Positions 1-8,753 of a DNA stretch of 64,000 nucleotides are shown one piece after another. The position numbers and the translations under genes are program-made. A model generated the notes under the pieces. It saw only the letters and a program-made list of their open reading frames with translations. It was not told the DNA's origin and ran no database searches. Source of the stretch: an uncultured Gammaproteobacteria bacterium (lineage in GTDB: Bacteria; Patescibacteriota; Patescibacteriia; Magasanikbacterales; UBA922); assembly GCA_964345045.1 (NCBI GenBank), contig CAYFPM010000001.1:300215-364214 (forward strand), in the 5' to 3' direction. The first letter of the stretch is position 1; every line of letters begins with the position of its first letter.

Positions 1-153
1 ATAGTATGTTTTTCCTTCTTGAAAAAGTTCTACCTCTATTGGTTTGGTGCCAGAAGCTAATTTAGAAATTATTTCTTTAATTTTTTCAAGATGAACTTCA
101 TCAATATTTGCCATTGCCAAAGTTAAGTGGGGCAACATATTTTTTTTGTTCAT
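1..153 (-). CDS. 2H phosphoesterase / 2'-5' RNA ligase (LigT/ThpR)-like, N-terminal fragment (gene continues beyond window start)
   Basis: Reverse translation gives MNKKNMLPHLTLAMANID...; H-x-T-x (HLTL) motif of the 2H family; ATG is the revcomp of cat at 151-153. Confidence 0.4.
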   Translation of the reverse strand, partial: MNKKNMLPHLTLAMANIDEVHLEKIKEIISKLASGTKPIEVELFQEGKTYY

Positions 154-379
154 TACTACAACTCTCCCGTCATCTCTTTTTCCAGCTTTATTTATATCTA
201 TCAAAATATCCATCACATTTTCTGGTGGAAGCAATACTATGTCTATAGCTTTTTTCATAGTACTAGTACCCACCATGCCCGTAAAAAGCTGGGGCTACAG
301 TAAAAAGAAGCATGGCAAAAATACCAATGATAGTTATAATCGTCCAAATAGTTTTGAATTTTTTGTTGTTGTACATAGG

Positions 380-706
380 TTAACTTGTTTTTTTAAAGTC
401 TATATCTCTTTTTGCTTCTGCGTGAATTATATAAGTGCCGTCTTTCAATTCAATATCTTGTACAACTAATTCGTCTAGCAGTTCTGTGTCCTTGCCATCT
501 TCTCCAAAAAATCCTTTTTCTTTCATTATTTCAAAGAGAATTCCTTTGGATTCCATAAGTTTTTCTAGGGCAACATCGTCAGGTTCTTGCTTACACTTAA
601 TTAACACCCGTATGTAACCATCTAAATCAGTTATTCTTATATCACTAATCCCCAATTTTTCTTCTATTGGGAGCATTTCAAAATTATGATCAAAACGTCT
701 TTCCAT
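380..706 (-). CDS. hypothetical small acidic protein
   Basis: 108-aa ORF with native AT-rich codon usage; no recognisable motif. Confidence 0.35.
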   Translation of the reverse strand: MERRFDHNFEMLPIEEKLGISDIRITDLDGYIRVLIKCKQEPDDVALEKLMESKGILFEIMKEKGFFGEDGKDTELLDELVVQDIELKDGTYIIHAEAKRDIDFKKTS

Positions 707-708
707 AA

Positions 709-2499
709 TTATCTTTTTAATACTGCAAGATATGCTTCTGTTGGGATGTCCACTTTTCCCTTACCATGAGCGAGCATTTTCTTTTTTCCTTTCTTTTGTT
801 TTTCCAGCAGTTTTCTTTTTCTAGTTACATCACCACCGTATAGTTTGGCAGTTACGTCTTTTCTCATAGCACTTAGCCTTTCACCGGCAATTACCTTGCC
901 CCCAATAGCAGCTTGGATTTTCAACACAAATTGTTGTCTTGGCAAAGTGTCTTTGAGAGAGTTAACAATTTGTTTGCCTATACGGAAGGCTTCGTCGCGC
1001 CAAACTAAGGTAGCCAGGGCTTCTACCATGTCTTCGGCAATCAAAATGTCTAGCTTTACCACATCGGTTTTTTCGTATTGCTTCAATTCATAATTAAGAG
1101 AAGCATAACCACTAGTAACGGTTTTTAGTTTATCATAAAAATCGGTGATGAGCGATGCAAGTGGCATTTCGTAGTGGAGTAGGGCGCGCTTGTCGCTACC
1201 AGAAGAAAGATACTCGGTGTTCAAATATCTACCCTTTCTTTCGGAAACTAGACTCATAACATTGCCAATGTATTCACTTGGGGTAATTATGTCTACTGTC
1301 ATCCAGGGCTCTTCGATTTTGTTTATGTGTTGCACTTCTGGCAAGTCTTGTGGGCTTTTTACAATTAGCTCTTCGCCATTGGTTTTTTCAACCTTGTAAG
1401 CCACACTTGGGATAGTAGCTATAATGTGCAAACCAAATTCACGTTTTAATCTTTCTTGAAAAATATCTAAGTGGAGCATCCCTAAGAAACCACAACGAAA
1501 ACCAAATCCTAGAGCTTGAGAGTGTTCTGGTTCAAATGTTAGAGCTGAGTCACTAAGTTTTAATCTATCCATGGCATCGCGCAAAGCTTCGTAATCGTCA
1601 CCTTCTTTGGGGAAGATGCCGGCAAAAACCATTGACTTTACTTCTTTGTAACCAGGTAGGGGAGAGTCGGCCACGTTGTCTTCTAGAGTAATAGTGTCTC
1701 CAACTTTTACTTGGCTTAGGTCTTTGAGACCTGTGACTATGTAGCCAATTTGTCCGTTTTCCAAACTTGGATCTGAGATAAGTTTGGGGGAGTAGTGACC
1801 AATATTAGTAACTTCACCAACTGATCCAGTTTGCATTAGCTTTATCTTTTGGCCTTTTTTTATTTCGCCATCTATCATACGAGCCGAAGCAATGATTCCT
1901 TGGTAGTCGTCGTACATAGAATCAAAGATCAAGGCTCTGGCAGGTTTGTCGCTAGACTTTGTTGGTTCTGGAATGCGTTCTATTACAGCATCTAGCAATT
2001 CGGCTACCCCTTCGCCTGTTTTGCCAGAAGCAGTTAAAATATCTTCTCTTTTGCAACCAATTAGTTGAATAATTTCTTCGGCTACTTTGTCTGGGTCGGC
2101 GTTTGGCAAATCTATTTTGTTTAGTACCGGAATAATGGTGAGGTCTTGCTCCAAGGCTAAGTAAAGGTTCCCAATGGTTTGAGCCTGGACACCTTGGCTA
2201 GCGTCTACTAAAAGAATAGCTCCTTCTACAGCGGCGAGGGATCTGGAAACTTCGTAAGTAAAGTCTACGTGGCCAGGAGTGTCGATCAAATTGAGTGTAT
2301 AGCCTTTGTGCTGCATACGCACTGGTTGGAGCTTGATGGTGATTCCACGTTCTTGCTCTAGTTCCATGGTATCTAGGAGCTGGTCACTCATTTTTCTTTT
2401 TTCTACTGTTCCAGTCAATTCCAAAAAACGATCAGCGAGCGTACTCTTGCCGTGATCGATATGGGCGATAATACAAAAGTTTCTTATGTTGACTGACAT
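709..2499 (-). CDS. lepA: elongation factor 4 (LepA)
   Basis: IIAHIDHGKSTLADRFL G1 motif, DTPGHVDF, LepA C-terminal domain; start trimmed to MSVNIRNF. Confidence 0.95.
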   Translation of the reverse strand: MSVNIRNFCIIAHIDHGKSTLADRFLELTGTVEKRKMSDQLLDTMELEQERGITIKLQPVRMQHKGYTLNLIDTPGHVDFTYEVSRSLAAVEGAILLVDASQGVQAQTIGNLYLALEQDLTIIPVLNKIDLPNADPDKVAEEIIQLIGCKREDILTASGKTGEGVAELLDAVIERIPEPTKSSDKPARALIFDSMYDDYQGIIASARMIDGEIKKGQKIKLMQTGSVGEVTNIGHYSPKLISDPSLENGQIGYIVTGLKDLSQVKVGDTITLEDNVADSPLPGYKEVKSMVFAGIFPKEGDDYEALRDAMDRLKLSDSALTFEPEHSQALGFGFRCGFLGMLHLDIFQERLKREFGLHIIATIPSVAYKVEKTNGEELIVKSPQDLPEVQHINKIEEPWMTVDIITPSEYIGNVMSLVSERKGRYLNTEYLSSGSDKRALLHYEMPLASLITDFYDKLKTVTSGYASLNYELKQYEKTDVVKLDILIAEDMVEALATLVWRDEAFRIGKQIVNSLKDTLPRQQFVLKIQAAIGGKVIAGERLSAMRKDVTAKLYGGDVTRKRKLLEKQKKGKKKMLAHGKGKVDIPTEAYLAVLKR

Positions 2500-2706
2500 A
2501 GTGATCGATACTTGCCACGTAAAGGACGATCTGCCCAAAGGCAGAGAGTTCTTTTACTGTGGTGGGCGATAATGCAGAAGTTGCGGATATTCATAATATA
2601 AATAAGCTTACAAGACCTTGAAAGCCTAGATGGCCTTGTGGGCATTGTAAGCCGTTGCTTTTTTTAGACTATACTAGCAAAAAATATTCTTTTTGACAAG
2701 ACTGTA

Positions 2707-4320
2707 CTAGACCTCGTCTGCTTCTGTAAATTCGGCTTGAGCCGGTTTTATTTTTAACAATTTTTTCTCAAAAGCTTCTTTGAACTTTATCATTTCTTCT
2801 ACTTTTAGGATGTAACAAATATAAGCAAAAACCAAAATACCAGCTGTTCCGGCTACAAAACCTTGAGTTAAAATCCCCCAAAATTTGGTCATGTCAACAA
2901 GACTCGCAATTGGAGATTTTAGACTTTGAACTACAATCATCATAACAAGACCAGCTCCAGAAATTTTCAAAACACTCTCTACCATTTTTGACTCGTGCAA
3001 AGTACCAAGCTTGTCTCGCAGAGTTAACCACAATAGGGCTAGCTGAATAATCATGGCGAGTGAAAAAGCTAGAGCCAAGCCACTAACCCCTAAAATATTT
3101 TTGAGATAAATCCCGGCAATAATATTTATAAGCGAACTAACCAGGCCTACCAAAAAAGGTGTCCAAGTATCGTGTAGTACAAAAAAAGTGCGAACAAGTA
3201 ATGGAATAAGAGCTTGGGCAAAAAGTGACAGAGTAAAAAAAGCCAAGGTGTTGGCAGTGCGGATAGTATCTGACCAATCGAATTGACCACTACCCAAAAT
3301 CACACGCACAATTTGGGCGCGCAGCAGCAAGAAAATAATTGTCAGAGGAATTATAAAAAATATAATTTGTCGAATAGTTTGCGATAGGTGTTCGGTCATT
3401 TCTTCTTTCTTATCTTTTGCTACCAAGTGAGCTAGCGTGGGAAAAGCAGCAATAGCAAAGGATATCCCTATAATTCCAACCGGGAAATGTTGAATATTAT
3501 TGGCAAAATTAAACACCGCTACGCTACCAACTCCAACTGTAGAAGCAAAAATTGTTATGACAATTAAGTTAAGCTGGGTAGTAGCTAGTCCGAGGGTTCG
3601 GGGGATCATGAGTTTGCCAATTTTTTTGATATTTTTGTTTTGCCAAAAAAATTTGGGAGTGTAAGCAAAACCATGGTGGAGGAGGCTAGGTACTTGAATT
3701 AACAAATGTAGTAACGCTCCCAATATAACACCATAAGCCAATCCTATAATTCCAAAAACAGGTACAAAAACCAAGGCTCCAAAAATAATACCCAAGTTGT
3801 AAAAAATTGGAGTAAGTGAATAAACAAGAAAAGCTTTGAAAGATTGTAAAACACCACTAACAATAGAACTAAGACCAAGCAAAATTGGGCTAAGAAACAT
3901 GATTCTAGTTAGGCTAATAGTAGTTTGTAATTTTTCTACCGAAAAACCAGGAGCCAATAAAGGAACAATCTGTGGAGTAAAAATAAATAAAATAGTACAA
4001 ATAAAAATTAGGCTAATTCCCAAAATATTTATAATACCACTGGTTACTTGCCAAGCTTCTTTTTTGTCTTTGTTTAAAATTTTGGTGAAAATTGGGATAA
4101 AACCGGCCGAGAGCGCCCCAACAATTACCAGATTATACACTAAGTCCGGGATACGAAAAGCAGCAAAATAAGCATCCAAAATATCGCCGGCGCCAAATTG
4201 ATTGGCAAAAATACGATCACGTATAATGCCAATAAACCTACTTACAAAAGACGCCGCTCCAAGAATAATGGCGGCGCTGGTAATGGATTTACTTTGTGAG
4301 GTGAAAAGTCTTTTTATCAT
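2707..4320 (-). CDS. murJ: lipid II flippase MurJ/MviN
   Basis: 14-TM MOP-superfamily protein with the MurJ N-terminal signature (ILGAASFVSRFIGIIRDRIFANQFGAGDILDAYFAAFRIPD). Confidence 0.85.
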   Translation of the reverse strand: MIKRLFTSQSKSITSAAIILGAASFVSRFIGIIRDRIFANQFGAGDILDAYFAAFRIPDLVYNLVIVGALSAGFIPIFTKILNKDKKEAWQVTSGIINILGISLIFICTILFIFTPQIVPLLAPGFSVEKLQTTISLTRIMFLSPILLGLSSIVSGVLQSFKAFLVYSLTPIFYNLGIIFGALVFVPVFGIIGLAYGVILGALLHLLIQVPSLLHHGFAYTPKFFWQNKNIKKIGKLMIPRTLGLATTQLNLIVITIFASTVGVGSVAVFNFANNIQHFPVGIIGISFAIAAFPTLAHLVAKDKKEEMTEHLSQTIRQIIFFIIPLTIIFLLLRAQIVRVILGSGQFDWSDTIRTANTLAFFTLSLFAQALIPLLVRTFFVLHDTWTPFLVGLVSSLINIIAGIYLKNILGVSGLALAFSLAMIIQLALLWLTLRDKLGTLHESKMVESVLKISGAGLVMMIVVQSLKSPIASLVDMTKFWGILTQGFVAGTAGILVFAYICYILKVEEMIKFKEAFEKKLLKIKPAQAEFTEADEV

Positions 4321-4327
4321 ACAAAAC

Positions 4328-4405
4328 GTCATTCCCGTGAAAACGGGAATCTAGTAAAAGTAGAGTCGTTCTCTAAATCTGGATTCCCGCGTACGCGGGA
4401 ATGAC
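4328..4405. repeat. twin hairpins ATTCCCG-N-CGGGAAT inside an outer GTCATTCCC/GGGAATGAC inverted repeat (murJ-corA spacer)
   Basis: attcccgtgaaaacgggaat at 4331-4350 and attcccgcgtacgcgggaat at 4383-4402; likely the corA terminator. Confidence 0.55.
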
Positions 4406-4425
4406 AACTAGGAAAAATAATACTA

Positions 4426-5346
4426 TTACAACAACTTCTTTTTCCTCATTATTACAATAAGAATGACAATTATAGCAGCCAAGCCAAGAAACATGCTCCA
4501 GACCCAAACCGGATTTTTGGCAAAAGGTAGACCCATTATATTCATACCATAGATACCAGAAAGAAGTGTAAGAGGAAGTAGGGAAACAGAAATAACAGTA
4601 AGAGCGCTGATCACTTTGTTGGTTCTTTGGTTAATCATAGATTCTACTGTAATATGCAAGCCATCTACCGTTTCTTTGTAACTTTCGATAATTGCCCAAA
4701 TTTTACTTAAGTAATCGTTAATATCATCAAAATAAAGACTTAATTTTTCGTCCAAAAAAGTTTTTCTTGTGTGAGAAAGATTGGCAATCATGAATTTTTG
4801 AGGTTCTAAAATTCTTCTAAATTGCAAAATGTTTCGGCGATGTATAGCCAGTTTACGAATAGTTTGAGGATCTTGTTCACCTTCAAAAATTTGATTTTCG
4901 GCAATAGAAAGCTGTTTCCCGATGTTGGTAAGGATTGGTCTGGTATTTTCTAGAAGAGCTTCGATTAGTCTGTATAGCAAGTAACCAGAACTTCCACTCA
5001 TCCAATCGGCTTTTATTTTTCTATTGTTCATGCAGCGGTAAAAAAAGTTTTTCATTTCTTTGCTTTTGCTACGTTGAATTGTAATGATAAAGTTGTCACC
5101 TATAAAAATATCGATTTCAAGTGGTTTGAGAGTTTGGATGTTGGCTTGCCAATGTGGAAAATGAAGAACAATAAAAAGATAGTTTTTGTAGGTATCTATC
5201 TTTGGGATTTGTTGTTCACTTTGGATATCTTCCAAATCCAAATGGTGGAAGTTGTAATTTTTTTTCAAAAAATCCAAAGATTCTTCGTCAATCTTGTCTA
5301 TGCTAACCCAAGTTAAGTTCTTTTGTGTTAGTGTTTTTATAGACAT
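4426..5346 (-). CDS. corA: CorA family magnesium/cobalt transporter
   Basis: Two C-terminal TM helices with the YGMNI (GMN) signature. Confidence 0.85.
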   Translation of the reverse strand: MSIKTLTQKNLTWVSIDKIDEESLDFLKKNYNFHHLDLEDIQSEQQIPKIDTYKNYLFIVLHFPHWQANIQTLKPLEIDIFIGDNFIITIQRSKSKEMKNFFYRCMNNRKIKADWMSGSSGYLLYRLIEALLENTRPILTNIGKQLSIAENQIFEGEQDPQTIRKLAIHRRNILQFRRILEPQKFMIANLSHTRKTFLDEKLSLYFDDINDYLSKIWAIIESYKETVDGLHITVESMINQRTNKVISALTVISVSLLPLTLLSGIYGMNIMGLPFAKNPVWVWSMFLGLAAIIVILIVIMRKKKLL

Positions 5347-5351
5347 AAAAT

Positions 5352-6023
5352 TTATTTTTCTTTTTCTAAATTTATAGTTACGATTACAAATTCTGTTCCT
5401 TCTGATTTTTCAAAACCTTTTATATATACTGCTCCGTCTATATTGTTTTTGTGAAAACTAAATTGTCTGGTTATTCCTTTGTCGGAAGTTACAATTACAT
5501 CAAAACCTTTTTTTCTTAATTCTGTTTTGTAATAAGAAGCTACAAACCAAGGTGTTGCCGGCAAGTCCCTCCATTCTATTTGGACAATATCTCTATGGTC
5601 GGCGATTGGTTCTTCTATTATTTTTCTAAAAGCATCTATATCTATATAAGATTTTTTGGTGCTGGTAGTGTCTTCGTCTCCCAAATGTTTTTCAAGCGTT
5701 ACCAAAATTGGTGACAAAATTATTTTTGGTATAACCACTGCTCTTTCTACAGCTTTGCTTCTATCTTTGCCTGCGGTAATAGCAATTTTTTCTATATTTT
5801 CTGTGTCATAAAGAGGGACAGATAATTCTACACTCCTAGGTAATTCTTTGGCTACTTTTACTTTTGGAGTGGTCGCAAACCTAATTAGAAATAGAGAGAT
5901 TATCAAAAAAATAAATATAAAAGCACAACCGGTGGTACAACTACGCCAAAAACAAGATTTCTTTTTGGATAGTTCCTGGATGGGCGGTTCTTTTATCTCT
6001 ACTTTTTCAATAATCTTTTCCAT
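5352..6023 (-). CDS. hypothetical membrane-anchored protein
   Basis: N-terminal TM helix and native codon usage; no recognisable domain. Confidence 0.45.
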   Translation of the reverse strand: MEKIIEKVEIKEPPIQELSKKKSCFWRSCTTGCAFIFIFLIISLFLIRFATTPKVKVAKELPRSVELSVPLYDTENIEKIAITAGKDRSKAVERAVVIPKIILSPILVTLEKHLGDEDTTSTKKSYIDIDAFRKIIEEPIADHRDIVQIEWRDLPATPWFVASYYKTELRKKGFDVIVTSDKGITRQFSFHKNNIDGAVYIKGFEKSEGTEFVIVTINLEKEK

Positions 6024-6218
6024 ACCTAGTGTTTGGTTATGGTTTTATAAGTAAATCCTCCGGTAGTCTTGGGCATACAAGCTATACACTAGGCGCCGCG
6101 ATTTTGTATACAAATATATTACCACAAACTTGTGTCTACGCATAGTCAGCAGATGCCGAATATGATAACATAAAAGTACATTTTTGTCAGGTATTTAGTC
6201 TTAATTTTAAGCTAATTT

Positions 6219-7568
6219 ATGAAGTTATCTTTTTTTGGAGCAGCTCACGAAGTTACCGGTTCGTGTTTTTTATTAGAAACAAACAAAAAGAAAATTTTGA
6301 TAGATTGTGGCATGTTTCAGGGGTCTAATTTTAACGAAGGCAAAAATAACGATAATTTTCCCTTTGATCCAAAATCTATTGATGCTGTATTGGTAACCCA
6401 TGCTCATTTGGATCATACAGGACGCATCCCCAAACTGATTAGAGAAGGTTTTAAAGGACCAATTTATATGACAAAAGCTACTTGCGAACTGGCTTATTTG
6501 ATTTGGAAAGATTCTCAAAAAATAATGACTTATAACAACAAAAAATTTAAAACACCGATTCTTTATTCTATAGAAGAAGTAGAATCTACTAGAGAAGCTT
6601 GCAATGGAGTTGATTATAGACAAGAGTTAGATTTGGGAGACGGAGTAAAAGCCGTTTGGAAGGATGCCGGTCATATTTTTGGAGCTGCTTTTATAGAAGT
6701 AACTGTCGAGGGTAAAACAATTTGTTTTTCTGGGGATGTGGGCAACAGCAATGTACCGATTCTAAAAGAAACAGATCAATTGGGAGAAATAGATGTTTTG
6801 CTTTGTGAATCTACTTATGGAAATAGACGTCACGAAACTAGAAAAGAAAGTATTGAATTAATTTTGAAATTGATAAAAGAAGGGGTAGAGCGTGGTGGCA
6901 CAGTTATGATTCCATCTTTTTCTTTGGAACGTACACAAGAATTGCTTTATGATTTGAACCAACTTAGCGAAGCCGGAGAACTACCAAAAGTACCTATCTT
7001 TTTGGACAGTCCTATGGCTATAGATGCTTTGCCGGTTTATCGCAAATATCCAGAATACTACGATCGTCAAGCTGCTTGTCTGCACGAAGCTGGAGATGAT
7101 TTTTTTCAATTTGATCAATTGAAAATTACCAGAAGTGTAGAAGAGTCCAAAGCTATAAACAACATAAAAAAATCCAAGATTATAATTGCCGGCTCGGGGA
7201 TGATGAATGGTGGACGAATTGTTCACCATGCTTATAGATATTTGTCGGATCCCAATTCTACACTTATAATTGTAGGTTTTCAGGCTTATGGTACTTTGGG
7301 GCGCAGATTGTACGAAGGTGCCGAGACAGTAAAAATTTTTAATGAAAAAATTCCAGTGCGAGCTACTATCAAAGCGATTGGGGGACTATCTGCTCATGCC
7401 GACCAAAAGAAAATGATAAGTTGGGTGAGAAATGCCGAGAAAATTCCGGAAAAAATTTATTTGGTGCATGGCGAACCAACTTCGGCAGCTTCACTAGCGC
7501 ACAAGTTTCGAGATGAGTTTGGAGTAAAAACAATTGTGCCGGAGTTTGGAGATGCTACCGAAATTTAA
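6219..7568 (+). CDS. beta-CASP family MBL-fold ribonuclease (RNase J/CPSF-like)
   Basis: HAHLDHTG metallo-beta-lactamase motif followed by beta-CASP and RNA-specificity domains. Confidence 0.8.
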   Translation: MKLSFFGAAHEVTGSCFLLETNKKKILIDCGMFQGSNFNEGKNNDNFPFDPKSIDAVLVTHAHLDHTGRIPKLIREGFKGPIYMTKATCELAYLIWKDSQKIMTYNNKKFKTPILYSIEEVESTREACNGVDYRQELDLGDGVKAVWKDAGHIFGAAFIEVTVEGKTICFSGDVGNSNVPILKETDQLGEIDVLLCESTYGNRRHETRKESIELILKLIKEGVERGGTVMIPSFSLERTQELLYDLNQLSEAGELPKVPIFLDSPMAIDALPVYRKYPEYYDRQAACLHEAGDDFFQFDQLKITRSVEESKAINNIKKSKIIIAGSGMMNGGRIVHHAYRYLSDPNSTLIIVGFQAYGTLGRRLYEGAETVKIFNEKIPVRATIKAIGGLSAHADQKKMISWVRNAEKIPEKIYLVHGEPTSAASLAHKFRDEFGVKTIVPEFGDATEI

Positions 7569-7583
7569 AGATAAAAAAACAGC

Positions 7584-7606
7584 CTGTAGGCTTTTATTAG
7601 ATTATT
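7584..7606 (+). terminator. stem-loop (cagcctgtaggct) with flanking A/T runs, after the beta-CASP RNase gene
   Basis: aaaaaaacagcctgtaggcttttatt. Confidence 0.4.
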
Positions 7607-8500
7607 GATGATGTGGACGAGGAGAGGACGCCGGCAACCTAGTGGTAATACCGGCGTCCTCTCTCGCACAACCTCTAGCAGGCAATGCCCCCATAGCCTG
7701 CGAGGATGATGATCCTCCTAGTTTTTCGCGGTGTGGGAACCGAGTGTCATTGCGGCCAATCAACAACACTCGGCTCCCAATCACCCAATCCGCTGTCTTC
7801 TTTTCACACCAGAAGGAGTCTTGGCGTTACTTTTTGAAGACCTTTTCTCCTTTTCTTCCTGCTAGAGAAAGGAGTTCCGGGATTGCTCGCCGAGCACGCA
7901 TGTTTTTTCCCGGGCGGAACGGTTTTAAACCGACAGCCTCGGCACGGCAGGAGTAGAACTCTCTGCCGTGCCGGGCTGCCTGTCGAGGTCGATTAGATTC
8001 CTCTCTGTTTTGCTCGAAGGTGAGGAAGCTAACATCTAGAATTTTCTCCTAGATACAGGTATGAGTCGCGGTAACCTGCCGACCGTGTGCAGTGTGTCCG
8101 TATACTGTCCAAGATCCTCCCACCCTTTGTATACAAACGACGTCGTGATCTTCCAGAGGGGAGAGGAAGATCCTGACTTGTCGCAGTTTTGCGGGTGGTG
8201 AATCAAGGTTAGTTGCGAAAACCAGCCGAGGTCGCCGGGGGGGACGACGCCAGCTGTCACACTGCTTGATTTTTAAGATTGAAAGATCGAGAAACCTATG
8301 GCTCCGGCAGACGTGTGACTGCCTGGTGAAGTTCATTGTGTTCGCCACAACGATCTGCCGGAGCCCGAGGCCCGCTCTTTTTGGGGCTACCAGGGAGGAG
8401 GTAGCCATGGCGTAGTGTAACCGGGTCGGGTTGCACCACTAGAGGTTACGCTTTGATCTTATCCCTGGGGAAGGTCTAAGACAGCCAAGTTTTTGGGGAC
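7607..8500. other. ~0.9 kb high-GC non-coding block (island A) with multiple strong hairpins; unassigned structured RNA or degraded foreign DNA
   Basis: GC ~55-60% against a ~35% background. The only ORFs are Arg/Cys-rich spurious frames. Hairpins include gagaggacgccgg..ccggcgtcctctc, ggcacggcag..ctgccgtgcc and ggctacc..ggtagcc. Confidence 0.4.
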
Positions 8501-8705
8501 TTGGAAAGCGTCATTAATATGGATATTATTCATATCTTGAAAATTTGTCAAGGTTAAGTTAAAATCTTGGTTCTTGGTAAGATGTGGTAAACTTAATAAA
8601 TACTGATTTCGTAGATTTATAAAAATTACGCAAATATTTAATTTGAAATAGGTATAAGTTTAATTATTTATAAATGTCTAAGTTTAAAATACATTCAAAA
8701 TATCC

Positions 8706-8750
8706 AGCTTCGCTCCTTCTTCGTCGGAGCTTCGCCGGGACAAGCAAACC
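8706..8750 (+). promoter_or_regulatory. GC-rich hairpin / direct repeat (AGCTTCGC x2) immediately upstream of the uvrB ATG
   Basis: agcttcgctccttcttcgtcggagcttcgcc; no Shine-Dalgarno is visible. Confidence 0.3.
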
Positions 8751-8753
8751 AGC

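Noticed and set aside
845-1399. ORFs antisense to or overlapping lepA, murJ, uvrB, uvrA, dnaB, the GT genes etc. (for example 845..1093, 1190..1399, 3836..4171, 8931..9230, 9725..10105, 13166..13585, 31836..32330)
   Set aside because: They are embedded in, or antisense to, strongly supported conserved genes. They have low-complexity translations and no independent signal.
7602-8408. ORFs inside high-GC island A (7642..7956, 8049..8408 and others), and island A as RNase P, tmRNA or SRP RNA
   Set aside because: The translations are Arg/Cys/Pro-rich as expected for random frames in GC-rich DNA. The conserved RNase P P4/CR motifs, the tmRNA T-arm and tag frame, and the SRP domain IV were not found on either strand. 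Only weak partial matches appeared, in the wrong order.
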